Source: Chiloscyllium plagiosum (lineage: Eukaryota). From it: DNA of 64,000 bases. The stretch covers positions 5,808,502-5,872,501 of the forward strand of contig NC_057751.1 in NCBI RefSeq assembly GCF_004010195.1, given 5' to 3'. The position numbers were made by a program, and so were the translations under genes. Under the pieces are notes generated by a model that saw only the letters and a list, made by a program, of their open reading frames with translations, was not told the origin of the DNA and made no database searches. Positions 1 through 12,804 of this stretch are shown piece after piece; within the stretch, counting starts at the first letter, position 1, and each line of letters opens with the position of its first letter.

Positions 1-1281
1 CAAGATGTCACCATCTATTTCCATACAGTCTATATCTTGTTAGTAACATTGGATTAATCATTTCCATGGGGGTTTGGTTTGAATTAAGAGACCAGAAATA
101 GGGCTCTCAATGCTCTGAAAAGCAAAGGAGCTTTTTCTTGCCAGCAGAAGATTTGCAACAGCATGGAAGGCCACTGAAATTTGAACTACATTTTTGCATG
201 GAACTAAGATTTAAAGATGGGATGGCTTCTATTATCTTCAACTATTCAGAACACATCTCGATTTTGATTCAGAGGCTGACCTATTAGGGATATGTAATTC
301 ATTGTGTAATGTTGCAATGACTGCTGTGCAATGGCACAATTTATGTGGTTTCCAAGGACTGCAAGAAAAGATACATGCTCCACCCCTTCGGGTAAAACAA
401 CTGGATACATGCTCAGTGAAATTCAGATAAACTAAACGGAAAACATATTTCCAAATTGACTGCACATTAATCAACTGACTATTATCATTTAAAGCTGTTC
501 AGAAATCCTCAGAAAGATGAGACCATGTTGTTTATGCTGTAAAATCCATGTAAATCTGATCTGTAACTGCTTACAATGAAAAAAAAAAGTATGACACCAG
601 CTTAGCGAAGCAATAAACAGCCAGTACAGGAATGTGTCGCTCTGCAAAGTTCGCCTCATGTTTCTCTCTGACCTCCTATCTTATTTATAGCTGTCATGAC
701 AAGTGTTTCAGTGATTCAGGTTCACTGCACATGTGTGCTAATCAATCATTTGAACTAAATTTATATTTCTTTCGCTTGCTCCTAATGACACTCTGCACTG
801 TTGGGAATTTCTAACCTTGACGATTGTGAGAAATCATTCCTATTAATCCATCCTTAAGACTGCAGCTTATCATGTTGTCATTAAGAGACTCTGAAGTAAT
901 CCATCTACCTACCCCCATTGATTTGAGACACACTTCATGGATTAATGAGCAACCATTTTGTTGTCCCAATGGTATGAATAACTGACTTGTCTACATCTTT
1001 CCATTGAAGAACACATTTGCAAGCAGTGCACATCATGTACCTAAAGTTAATCCAAGCACATTTCTGCTCAAGGGTTCAAATACCAGGATGTAGCTTAAAA
1101 ATGCAAAGGAACATTTGGAGGGGGAATGTGAATGATGGTAGGGTTGTGGAATAAATTATCAGGGGAGGCCAATTGAACAGACAGCATAAATGTATTGAAC
1201 TGAAAACTGTATTAGTCCAATTGGGTTGGTGGCACTCAGAGGCTGAAGACAAAAGCGAATGTTTGTCCCTGCTGTCCTTTT

Positions 1282-1513
1282 TGGAATAACTCCAGGTCAG
1301 TATATTGTCACCAAATCACCCTTTCTTTACGCATGCATTATACATGACATTGAACCAGCTAGCTCAGAGCTGACTGTTAGAGTGAACAGAACCCCTGATG
1401 TTTCTGTTCTTGTCTGTCAGCCAGGGCTCCCTGTTTGGACCAGATTAACAGCCCCAGTCAGGGAACTCATGTTCTCTAATGTCCACATGGTTGACCTTGT
1501 TGCAATCACTACA
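1282..1513 (-). mobile_element. Solo LTR (short, Gypsy-like family A)
   Basis: TG...CA termini (TGGAATAAC...ATCACTACA) flanked by direct repeat CTTTT (1277-1281 and 1514-1518). Colinear with the copy at 63196-63722. Confidence 0.75.
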
Positions 1514-1719
1514 CTTTTCCATGATTATAACTGTTAGTTACAATGCCCTTCTTAGATTAGTCTCAGAATGTCCCAAAGAGTTTTCCGGACAATGAAAGTC
1601 TGCCTTGAGTTACTTCAGTCGAGTACAATCACAGATATTTGGCAACATCATTATTTCCAATACTCCTCAGAGTCAGAGACCACCCCAGAGTGAGAACTGT
1701 TTTGCCTTAACTGGTGGTG

Positions 1720-1842
1720 GGTTAAAACTCTACAACTCACTTTCTATCTGCATCATTTTTGTGCCTTCAGCACACAGGCCACATCATTTCAAGAACACAA
1801 ACAACCACCATTTTCTCAAGGGTAATTAGGGATGGAACAAGG
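1720..1842 (+). mobile_element. LINE 3' end fragment (tail shared with the SINE family at 7070/21911)
   Basis: ACCACCATTTTCTCAAGGGTAATTAGGGATGG matches the reverse complement of 55411-55550 and the SINE tail GGGCAATTAGGGATGGG at about 22368. Confidence 0.5.
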
Positions 1843-1888
1843 GTAAGTAGGGATGGATAAAGAGTGAAGCTATAAAAAAAAGCAGGTC

Positions 1889-4800
1889 TGCAAAAACATG
1901 ATTGGACCTGGAGCAGCAAATCGGCAGCAACTGAAACCAGGAACTTCTCCACTGGGTCTGAAGCAAACACTGCCCGGTAAACAAAACCACACAGTAAATT
2001 ACCTGAAACACTGGGTCCTAAGCAGACTCTCTTTGCAAAAGTACATAAACTGCAAACTGCATCCTATGCTCCAAAGAGTCCTAGGAAGGATCACTTAACT
2101 GGAAGCTGTCACAATTCACTCCACCAGACCACCGGGCCACTCAAATGTAAGAAACCTGTGAGGAAACGGGGAAAGCGTGCTGGCCTGCTCGTAGGACTGA
2201 AACTACATGGTTTCAAGACCCCTCTTCCTAGCTTACTCCGAGCAAATGTAAAATCTCTGGAGAACAAGATGGATGAACTCAGATTATGGCTTAGCTTCCA
2301 GCGTGAACTGCGGGACTGCTGTGCACTCTGCTTCACAGAAACCTGGCTCAACCCATCCATGCCCAACTGCTCACTTCAGGCTGATGGTTTTTCCATCCAT
2401 CATATGGACTGTACAGCATCCTCAGGTAAGACAGTGGGTGAAGGGGCTTGCTTTTTAATCAACAACCTGTGGTGCACGGACATAGCAACCATTACACCCC
2501 AAACCTCGAATTTCTCACCATCAAATGCCACCCCTTCCACCTACATGGGCATTTACCGCTGCTATACTAACTGCTGTGTACATACCACCACAAGCAAAGG
2601 TTGAGGATGCTCTGGATGTGCTGTACTCCACCACTAACACCCTGGAGACAGAACACCCCGAGGGCCTATTGATTGTAACTGGTGACTTCAATGAAGCCAA
2701 TCTCAGGAAGGAGTTGCCCAAGTACCAGCAGAACATTATTTGCCCCATCAGGGGCCTGAACATTTTAGACCACTGCTACACCACTGTGAAGGATGCCTAC
2801 CGCTCCATCCCCCACTCTCATTTTGGGGACTCCAACCACAATGTCGTGTTTCTTCTCCTGGCTTACAGGCAAAAGCTCAAACAGGAGACCCCCTCGTGGA
2901 TATAGGTCCAGTGCTGGTCGGAGGAGGCAGAGGATCAACTCCGGTGCTGTCTGGAATCAGTTGACTGGGTCATGTTCACTCCTCAGTACCCTGGATGAGT
3001 ACACCACCATCGTCACAGATTTTATCAGCAAGTATGTGGAGGACAGCATTCTGAGAAGGTCAATCCAGGTGTTCCCCAGCAGGAAATCCTGGATGAATCA
3101 GGACATACAGAACCTACTAAAAACCAAGCGTGAGGCCTTCAGATCAGGAGACCCACTCAAATATAAGGAATCTAAGTATGACCTTTGCAGAGCCATTAAA
3201 ACAGCTGATGACCAATACCGATCCAAACTGGAGACCCAGACAGACACCCGGCGATCAGGGCAAGGAATAACTGATATCACAGGTTCTAAAAAGACACAGT
3301 ACAAGATAGCAGACGATGACATCTCGCTCCCAGATCGTCTCAACGCTTTCTATGCTCGCGTTGAGCATAATTTTGACAGAGACCTAACACCTATTCTGAC
3401 AAGATCTGACGAACCTATCCCAACAGTCACTGAATTAGAGGCCAGATCAGATTTCCTTTGTGTGAATCCAAGGAAAGTGATGGGACCTGATGGAGTACCA
3501 GGCTGTGCACGTGCGCAGATCAACTGGCAGCGGTCTTCCTGAGCATCTCCAACCTCTCCCTGAAGCAGGCCACTGTCTTTGCCTGTTTCAAGAGGGCCAA
3601 CATCTTCTCTGTGCTGAAGAAGGGATGATGTTATGTCAATGACTACTGCCCAGTTGCCCTAACTTCGGTCGTCATGAAGTGCTTTGAAAGGCTGGTCATG
3701 GCATTAATCAACTCTAGCCTTCCCCATTACTCTTGACCAACTCCAATTTGCCTATCAGACCAACAGATCCATGTCAGATGCCATATCACTTGCCCTTCAC
3801 TCCTCCCAAGAGCATCTTGACAGCAAAAACAGCTACATAGGAATCCTACTCATTGACTACAGTTCAGCCTTCAACACTATTATCCCCTCGAGGCTGATTA
3901 CTAAACTTAGAGATCTTGGACTAAGTCCAACTCTCTGTAACTGGATCCTCAATTTCCTGACCCACAGGCCACAATCAGTGAAGTTTGGGGACAATATTTC
4001 ATCCTCACTAACACTCAACACTGGAGCCTCCCAGGGATGCGTACTCAACTGCCTACTGTACTCACTGCATACCAGACTTATTCTATTTACAAGTTCGCTG
4101 ATGACACCACCATAGTCAGTCAAATATCAGATGATGACGAAACTGACGACAGATGGGAGGGGGAATACCTGTAAAAATAGTGCACTGAGAACAACCTAGC
4201 TGTCAATGCTGGCCAAATCAAGGAATTCATTCTAGACTTTCAGCGGGATGTTACTCATGCACCCCCTACACCTAACAGCACAGAGGCAGAATGAGTGGAG
4301 AGTGTCAAGCTCCTGGGAGTGGTCATTCACAACAAGCTTTCTTGGACTCTTCATGTGGATGCGCTGGTTACAAAAACCCAACAATGTCTCTTCTTCCTCA
4401 GGCAACTGAGGAAATTTGGCATGACAGCAAATACCCTTGCTAACTTTTATCAGTGCGCCATCGAGAGCATTCTGTCTGGATGTATCACAACCTGGTATGG
4501 CAACGGTACCATTTAAGATCGGAGATGGTTACAGAGAGTGGTAAACTTGGCCCAGACAATCACAAAGTCCAATTTCCCATCTATAGAATCCATTTACCAG
4601 GCCCGCTGTCAAGGAAAGACCGCCAGCATTCTCAAAGATCCATCCCAACCTGGCAATGTTTTTGAATAATTTCTACCATCAGGGAGAACTATTTCATAAC
4701 AGTTTCTACCCTATTGTTGTTAGAATACTGAATGGACTCACAAACTCTTAATATTCACCAGTACTTGTGTTTTTGTTTTTCCTGCTGTTCACCGATTATT

Positions 4801-4901
4801 TATTTATCTATGCTACTAAACTATATGATCTGCCTGTATTGCTTGCAAGACAAAACTTTTCACTGTGCCTTGGTACACGTGACAATAAATTCAACTCAGT
4901 T
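1889..4901 (+). mobile_element. Rex1/Babar-clade LINE, near full length, frameshifted (APE endonuclease + reverse transcriptase)
   Basis: APE motifs ANVKSLENK, CFTETWL, GDFN and LDHCY in ORFs 2158-2905. RT motifs [17 protein letters not shown] and KFADDT (about 4090-4108). 3' end CACTGTGCCTTGGTACACGTGACAATAAA plus TTCAA-like tail. Candidate TSD CAGGTC (1883-1888 and 4902-4907). Confidence 0.9.
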
Positions 4902-4989
4902 CAGGTCAAGCAGCATTAGAGGAGAAGGGGAGTGGATGTTTCAGGTCAGAACCTTTCATCCACAGAAAACTCCCCTGTTTTTAACCTAG

Positions 4990-5590
4990 ATCTTGTTGTG
5001 CGGGGGGACAATTTCAAAGTTTGTGGATGATTCAAACCTTTGGAAGCAGTGTAAACTGTAAGGAGGACATTGTAGGACTTCAAAAGGATTTTTCAATTTG
5101 GTGGAGTAGACAGATGGATGACAGATGGAGTTCAATTTGGAGAAGCGTGAGGGGACAAATTTTGGTAGAAAGAACATGGAGTATCTATAAAATAAAGTGT
5201 ATGACTCTAAAGGGTGAGCCAAAGCAGAGAGACTTGGGTGTGTATGTGCATAAGATAGCAGGATGGGTGATGAGCCGTTAATGAAGCAGACATTATCCTC
5301 TGCTTTTTTAGTAGAATGTCACAACCCTGGTGCGAAGTTGAAGCTGCAAAAGAAGCAAAGGTGACATGAGAAAAAAATATTTTCACATAGTAAGTTATTA
5401 GGGTCTAAGCTTTACTCCTTGGAAATGCAGTGAAGACTGGTGTAATTGAGGCATTCAAGAGGACATCGGATGATTTTTTTTGATGGTAATGGTATACAGG
5501 GATATGGGGGAGAGGCAGAAGATTAACAGTAGATAACTGAGGCTGACTAGATAACAGTGGTGCAGGTACGATAGGGCGATTGGCCTCTTT
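4990..5590 (+). mobile_element. Old CR1 LINE 3' fragment
   Basis: Degenerate SKFVDDS (FADDT), QMEFN and QRDLGVYVH motifs followed by CR1-like 3' UTR. Confidence 0.7.
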
Positions 5591-5594
5591 CGGT

Positions 5595-6544
5595 TGAAAG
5601 ATACTTCCAGTGATCATTCAGGTATCACTGGAGTCAGGGATGGTCCCAAAGGACTGGAAAATCACGAATGTGAACCCCTGTTTACAAAGGGAGCAAGGCA
5701 AAACATGGGAAATTATAGGCCAATTAGCCTGACCTCAGTCTTTGGTCAGATTTTGGAGTCCATTGTGAAGGGTGAGATTTCTGAATACTTGAAAGTGTAT
5801 GGTAAAACAGGGCAAAGTCATCATGGTTTCATCAAGGGGAGGTCATGCCTGAGAAATGTGTTAGTATTCTTTGAGGAGGTAATGAGCAGGTTAGGCCAAG
5901 GACTGCCAATGATTGTTATCTAACTACATTTCCAGAAGGCCTTTAATACTGTGCCGCACAGGAGGCTATTGGGTAAGACAAGGATCCATGGTGTTAGAGA
6001 CCAGATACTAGCATGTGTAGAAGATTGGCTGGCTGGCAGATGGCCCTGAAGCATGTTCAGAGGAGGTTCATGAGAATGATCCCAGGAATGAAAAGTCGAA
6101 CATGTACGGAAGGTTTGATGACTCTGGGACTATACCTGATGGAGTTTAGAAGGATGAGGGGGGATCTGATTGAAACTTACAGAATACTGGATAGAGTGGA
6201 TGTTGGGAAGATGTTTCCATTGGTCGGAAAGACTAGGACCTGAGGACACAGCCTTCGAGTAAAGGGAAGACCCTTTAGAGTGGAGATAAGGAAAAACTTA
6301 TTTTGCCATAGAGTGGTGAATCTGTGGAATTCATTGCCATAGAAAGCTGTGGAGGCCAGTCATTTAGTATATCTAAAACAGAGTTAGATAGATTCTGGAT
6401 TGCCAACGGGATCAAAGTTTATGGGGAGAAAGTGGGAAAATGGGGTTGAAAGATCTGTCAGCTATGATTGAATGGCGGAGCAGACCTGATTGGCCAAATG
6501 GCCTAATTTCTGCTCCTATGCCTTATGGTCTTATAGTCTTATGG
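5595..6544 (+). mobile_element. CR1 LINE, 5'-truncated with internal deletion, (TCTTATGG)n-type tail
   Basis: NYRPISLTSV, SHHGFIKGRSCL and RRMRGDLIETY motifs. Tail CTTATGGTCTTATAGTCTTATGG at about 6522-6544. Confidence 0.9.
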
Positions 6545-6639
6545 AAAGGCTGAAATTATTAACAAACAAACCAATCATCATGCATTAGGTAAGACAGAAT
6601 GGCAAATATAGAAACAAAACATTTATGTAAAGGAGGTGT

Positions 6640-7060
6640 TTATTTACAATATATGTGTGATTGATTTGGAGGATGAAAGTACTTTTGTCAAGTTTGCTGA
6701 TGACAGAAAAAAATGTTGAAAGGGCTAGTTGGTAAGGTATACACAGAGAGATGTCTAAGTCTGCAGAGAGATAGAGACAGATTGAGTGAATACGAAAAAA
6801 TTGGCCAATGGAATATTATCTGGGAAAAAATGAAGTTATGCAGTTTGGCAGGAGCAATAAATGAGCAGCATATTATTAAGATGAAGAAAGACGATAGAAA
6901 TCTGCAGAGGATTGTGCTCAAATCACAAAAAAGCTAGCATTCAAATTCATTGGGTAATCAGGCAGGCAAATGGTCTTTATTTCAAAGGGACAAATATAAA
7001 AATAGGGTAATTATGCTAAAACTGTACAAGGCACTAGTCAGGTCACACACTGGAATACAA
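6640..7060 (+). mobile_element. Old CR1 RT fragment
   Basis: KFADD at about 6690, SLQRDRDRLSE and MLKLYKALVRSH. Confidence 0.7.
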
Positions 7061-7069
7061 AATCAATTA

Positions 7070-7375
7070 AGGGAGGCAATGGTGGAGCGGTTTTATCGCT
7101 GGAGTAACAACCTGCAAACCAAGGCACATACTCTGAGCACATGGGTTCAATTCCCAACATGGCACATAGTGAAAATTAAATCAATGAAAATCTGGAACTA
7201 AAATTGAGTCTAATGCTGATTGTTGTAAAGACCCACCTGGTTCACTAATGTCCTCTAGCGAAGGAAATCTGCCATCCTCACCTGGTCAGGTCCGTAACTT
7301 TGTGGTTGAGTCTTAACTGGCCCAAGCCAGCTAGTAGCAATTAGAAATGGACTCAGCTTGCAATGCCCACATACC
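7070..7375 (+). mobile_element. tRNA-derived SINE (family B)
   Basis: Box B-like GGTTCAATTCCC at about 7144. Central GGTTCACTAATGTCC...GAAGGAAATCTG shared with 21911-22420. Reverse copies at about 38740-38830 and 45545-45695. Confidence 0.7.
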
Positions 7376-7514
7376 TGGATGAATATATGAATAGAAAGGG
7401 TTTAGAGGGATATGGGCCAAGCGCTGGCAAATAGGGCTAGATTAGTTTAGAATATCTGGTTGGCATGGGCGAATTAGACCAAAGGGTCTGTTTTTGTGCT
7501 GTACATTTCTATGA
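7376..7514 (+). mobile_element. CR1 3' end fragment
   Basis: ATGAATAGAAAGGGTTTAGAGGGATATGGGCC...GGGTCTGTTT...TCTATGA is homologous to the 3' ends at about 29910-30050 and 51285-51423. Confidence 0.8.
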
Positions 7515-9865
7515 TGAACATGGGACTGGGATACCATGGCAATTACAGAAACGTGGCTCAAGGATTGGCAGGACTGGCAGCTTAATGTTCCAGGATACAA
7601 ATGCTACAGGAAGGATGGAAAGGGAGGCAAGAGAGGAGGGGGAGTGGCATTTTTGATAAGGGAGAGCATTACAGCTGTGCTAAGGGAGGATAGTCCCAGA
7701 AATACATCCAGGGAAGTTATTTGGGTGGAACTGAGAAATAAGAAAGGGATGATCACCTTATTGGGATTGTATTATAGACCACCTAATAGTCAGAGGGAAA
7801 TTGAGAAACAAACTTGTCAGGAGATCTCAGCTATCTGTAAGAATAATAGGTTAGTTATGGTAGGGGATTTTAACTTTCCAAACATCGACTGGGACTGCCA
7901 TAGTGTTCAAGGTTGAGATGGAGAGGAATTTCTTAAGTGTGTACAAGACAATTTTCTGATTCAGTATTTGGATGTACCAACTAGAGAAGGTGCAAAACTT
8001 GACCTACTCTTGGGAAATAAGGCAGGGCAGGTGACTGAGGTGTCAGTGGGGGAGCACTTTGGGGCCAGCGACCATAATTCTATTTGTTTAAAATAGTGAT
8101 GGAAAAGGATAGAAGATCTAAAAGTTGAAGTTCTAAATTGGAGAAAGGCCAATTTTGACAGTATTAGGCAAGAACTTTCGAAAGCTGATTGGGGGCAGAT
8201 GTTCGCAGGTAAAGGGACGGCTGGAAAATGGGAAGCCTTCAGAAATGAGATAACAAGAATCCAGAGAAAGTATATTCCTGTCAGGGTGAAAGGGAAGGCT
8301 GGTAGGTATAGGGAATGCTGAATGACTAAAGAAATTGAGGGTTTGGTTAAGAAAAAGAAGGAAGCATGTGTCAGGTACATACAGGATAGATCGAGTGAGT
8401 CCTTAGAAGAGTAAAAAGAAAATAGGAGTAAACTTAAGAGGGAAATCAGGAGGGCAAAACGGGGACATGAGATAGCTTTGGCAAATAGAATTCAGGAGAA
8501 TCCAAAGTGTTTTTACAAATATATTAAGGACAAAAGGCTAATGAGGGAGAGAATAGGCCCCCTCAAAGCCTTTGTGTGGAGTCACAGAAAATGGAGGGGA
8601 TACTAAATGAATATTTTGCATCAGTATTTACTGTGGAAAAGGATATGGAAGATATAGACTGCAGGGAAATAGATGGTGACATCTTGAAAAATGTCCAGAT
8701 TACAGAAGAGGAAGTGTTGGATGTCTTGAAATGGTTAAAGGTGGATAAATCCCCAGGACCTGATCAGGTGTACCCTAGAACTCTGTGGGAAGCTAGAGAA
8801 GTGATTGCTGGGCCTCTTGCTGAGATATTTGTATCATCGATAGTCACAGGTGAGGTGCCGGAAGACTGGAGGTTGGCTAACGTGGTGCCACTCTTTAAGA
8901 AGGGTAGTAAGGACAAGTCAGGGAACTACAAACCAGTGAGCCTGACCTCGGTGGTGGGCAAGTTGTTGGAGGGAATCCTGAGGGACAGGATGTACATGTA
9001 TTTCGAAAGGCAAGGACTGGTTAGGGATAGACAACATGGCTTTGTTTGTGGGAAATCATGTCTCATAAACTTGATTGAGTTTTTTGAAGAAATAATAAAG
9101 AGGATTGATGAGGGCAGAGCATAGATGTGATCTATATGGACTTCAATAAGGTGTTTGACAAGGTTCCCCATGGGAAACTGGTTAGCAAGGTTAGATCTCA
9201 TGGAAAACAGGCAGAACTAGCCACTTGGATACAGAACTGGCTCAAAGGTAGAAGACAGAGGGTGATGGAGGAGTGTTGTTTTTCAGACTGGAGGCCTGAG
9301 ACCAGTGGAGTGCCACAAGGATTGGTGCTGGGCCCTCTACTTTATGTCATTTACACAAATGATTTGGAGGCAAGCATAAGAGGTACAGTTAGGAAGTTTG
9401 CAGATAACACCAAATTGAATAATGCAAAGTTGATGGGCCCTGACAACAATCCAATAATAATGTTCAGAGTATTGAGTACAGGACATTGGTTTGGCCACTG
9501 TTGGAATATTGCGTGCAACTCTGGTCTCCTTCCTATTGGAAAGATGTTGTGAAACTTGAAAGGGTTCAGAAAAGATTTTCAAGGATGTTACCAGGGTTGG
9601 AGGATCTGAGCGAGAGGAAGAGGCTGAACAGGCTGGGGCTGTTTTCCCTGGAGTGTCGGAGGCTGAGGGGTGACCTTATAGAGGTTTACAAAATTATGAG
9701 GGGCATGGATAGGATAAATAGACAAAATCTTTTCCCGGGCGTGAGGGAGTCCAGAACTAGAGGGCATAGGTTTAGGGTGAGAGGGAAAGATATAAAAGAG
9801 ACCTACAGGGCAACTTTTTCACGCAGAGGGCGTTATGTGTATGGAATGAGCTGTCAGAGGATGTG
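7515..9865 (+). mobile_element. CR1 (HER1-like) LINE ORF2 pseudogene, EN + RT, lacking terminal 3' end
   Basis: AITETWL, GGGVA, YYRPP, GDFNFP, KSPGPD, NYKPVSLTSV, QHGF, GVPQGLVLGP, KFADNT and RRLRGDLIEVYK motifs. Multiple stops and frameshifts. Confidence 0.95.
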
Positions 9866-10999
9866 TTTTCCTAATGCCTACTAACTAATTGAAGAGATTT
9901 TTAAATCAAAGCTGAACCAACATTAAAGAATTTGGAATGACTCGCCAACTGTTGGTCATTTCCATATGGTGTACAATTTTATCATCCAAATCAATCAGCT
10001 ATGATTTCCTTATAATATAGCTAGATATACATTACATTGTGTATTTCAAGATTGAATCTATCTTTCCTTCAATCCTGAGAACACTTTTCAAGTTTATTTT
10101 TGGAATGATGAAAGTCCTATTTCAGTTGTCTTTTCCAAATGATATTTCAGTTGCAGATCATCTTTCTGAAATCTGCATTCACTGAATCTTCCCATGCCTG
10201 TCCTGTAACTATCTCAAATTTTTCAGTTGCTAGTCCAAGCTTAACCATTTCTTTTGTTCAGTGAGCATTTTCCATTTTTTTCTGCTGTTAATGGTATCTT
10301 AAGGACAAAACATTTTTTGTTCACTGGTACAGGAACCAGATCTTTTTATTTCACTTTGTCTTTGATCAATGACTGAACTGGGAAAAGGACTGTTTTACAC
10401 AAAAGATTTGAGGAAGAAATTGCTGAATTTTTATAAAGCAGTTTATTGAAACCCATTATTGGAAATGTTTGCATTGTACTTTGCCATGAGTGGGGAGAGG
10501 TGTAAGAGAAGATGACCTGGCACTGGGGCACATCTACAAAGTGAGATAGGCTGGCAGCCGGTTGCTGACTGGTTTGTGGAATCATGGTCAGTTGTGGATG
10601 CAAAAGGCCTGACAATAACCATCAGATTGGCTCCTGGATGACTGAACAGCTTGGAGGAGTAATCAACACTGCTGAATGGTAGTAGCCTGTCATGATGATT
10701 AGCAATGAGGAATTTATGATGAGCTGAATGGCCTATTTCTGCTTCTGTATCTGATGGTCTTATAGATGATGGTGCTAAGAGCTTTAGGATTGAACTATGC
10801 TGCTGCAGATACATTGCAGAAGGTTTCAAGTTAAGGTGAAATTTTGGCTGAGAATTTAGGAAATTCTATGCTTTATTAAATTTTGTATTGGGAAAATGAT
10901 ATTGATTTTTAATTTGTTGTTTTCTTGCAGTTATGTACAACCATTATGAAATATTCACTTTAAATTCTGATATATTTGAACTCATCTGCTTCTAGCTCA

Positions 11000-11568
11000 T
11001 GTTCGGGACCAGACCAAACCCCCTCAAAATATGTCAAGAAGATCGCATACATTCTAAACTTTTCTAATTTCAAAAGTAAGTGTAAGACATTGCACTCCAG
11101 ATGCAATTTGATTGGTCAAACTACTCAATTTTAAGCAAATCAGCTTAATTGTAACTCTATTGAAATGCTTTCCAAAATAATAATAAATAATGATATTAAT
11201 TAAATATTCAAATATTGTAACATCCCATAAACACACCCTTGGCAAAGACTAATTCAGTAAAATAGATCGTCTCACACATAATTCCAGAAGCAGGAAGAGA
11301 ACCCCAGTTTTTCACTGCAACAGAGAAAGGAGTAAGAGTTTTCACATCCAGCTCCAAGACCCCAACAACTGCAGAAAGCTAAAACTAAAAATTCTGGTTC
11401 TGTGAGAGCTTGAACCCACCCAATCATACTGCTTCCATTGTTCCAACTTAAAAAAAGGAACTCAAGATCTCATAAGCTATTTATTTTATTGGCTTTAAGC
11501 AGTCAGCTCGATATCTCTGTCTCAATCTTTCTTAATAAAAAATCTCTGAAAACCATATTATTGTCACA
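11000..11568. mobile_element. Solo LTR (family B)
   Basis: TGTTCGGGACCAGACC...TTGTCACA termini. Flanks CTCA/CTTG. Colinear with 45696-46412. Confidence 0.7.
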
Positions 11569-11911
11569 CTTGTTTCTCATCAAAAACATACTTCAGATTT
11601 GCTTCCAAGTAATCTCATTAATGTGACAGCCCTTAAATGTTGAACATATTTCTGTTTTAATAAGGGATCATTAAGGCACTCTGCTCCTCTCCCAATCAGT
11701 TGAACTTTACTCCTTTTGAATTGACAAAAATAGTCTGTCTAAGAGGTTTCAGCAAACAGAAGAATGCTCACCTTTCCAGCGAGTTCATGAAGGCACATCT
11801 TCAGATTTCAGCTCTTGCTCCTCAGTTGACACAACATTGACACAAAAGGCTGTGATACTGAAAGTTTATAACTGCTGATCCAAACTATAATTGCACCGAC
11901 ATGTTGTCTGC

Positions 11912-12085
11912 TGTGACTGAGCTGGTGGAACTCTCATCGTTCAGTTAGAAGGTTCTGAGTTACAGGGTACCACTCAGGGCTTTAGCACAGAGATCCAGGC
12001 TAACAATGCAGTGCAAATTGAGTGAAGTCTATATTCTCAGAGATGCTGTCTTTTAAGAAGTTGAACCCAAGCACTGTCTGCATCA
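11912..12085 (+). mobile_element. Degenerate DeuSINE-like (SacSINE1/AmnSINE1-related) 5' fragment
   Basis: Colinear with the 5' half of 55115-55685 (GAAGGT..., TGCAGTGCAA..., TCTTT). Confidence 0.45.
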
Positions 12086-12804
12086 ATGTTTTGCAAATCT
12101 CAGTGCAGGTCTTTAAGGTTTTTAATGCAGTGCCTACAAGAAGAATGTTTACCCTTGGAGACAGCATATTCACATTCCGTCAGCAGAATACAGTCGACAG
12201 GAAATTCAATTGGGAATTTGGATGAAACACCTTCACCCAAAGAGCAGGGAGAATATAGAGCTTGCTACCAAGGGAGTGATTGAGGCAAATTGTACATGGT
12301 GTATTTCTTATGTAATTGATAAGTAACACATTTAAGTAATGTGGATTCAGATTACCTAACCATTTTACAAGATTTATTGAACAGCTCACACTCCAACTTG
12401 CAGATAACAGATGACCATGTATGCAACAGACAGACAGAATGCTGGAGAAACTTTTGTTCTGAAGGAAAGTTATTCCAGACTTGTTTCACTCCCCAGGGAT
12501 GCTGCCAGACCTTATGCTTCTGCTGGACTGCACACAGCAGTTGGTTACATGGTTTCATCCTGGTCTTTGGTTTATGAGCACATCCAACTCATAAAGTAAC
12601 ATCGTTCTGAAAGCAATTATGCAACAATATAGATGTGTTTCAGTCAAAGCTTGGCAAGCATATTGCAAGGGTCAATTTTCTTTTGTTTTGATATATGAAT
12701 TAGGAAATGGAAGTGGGACTTTGCTCTATAAAGTACCAGTCATGTTTTATTTCTGAAACCTGAAGTTCAAATGGAATTGTTGTACTTTGGCTATGAGGAA
12801 CCAT

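Noticed and set aside
7376..9865. Circularly permuted CR1 (3' end placed upstream of a body that lacks its 3' end)
   Set aside because: The upstream 3' fragment looks more diverged and of a different variant, and about 35 bp between the two ends is missing. Independent insertions are simpler.
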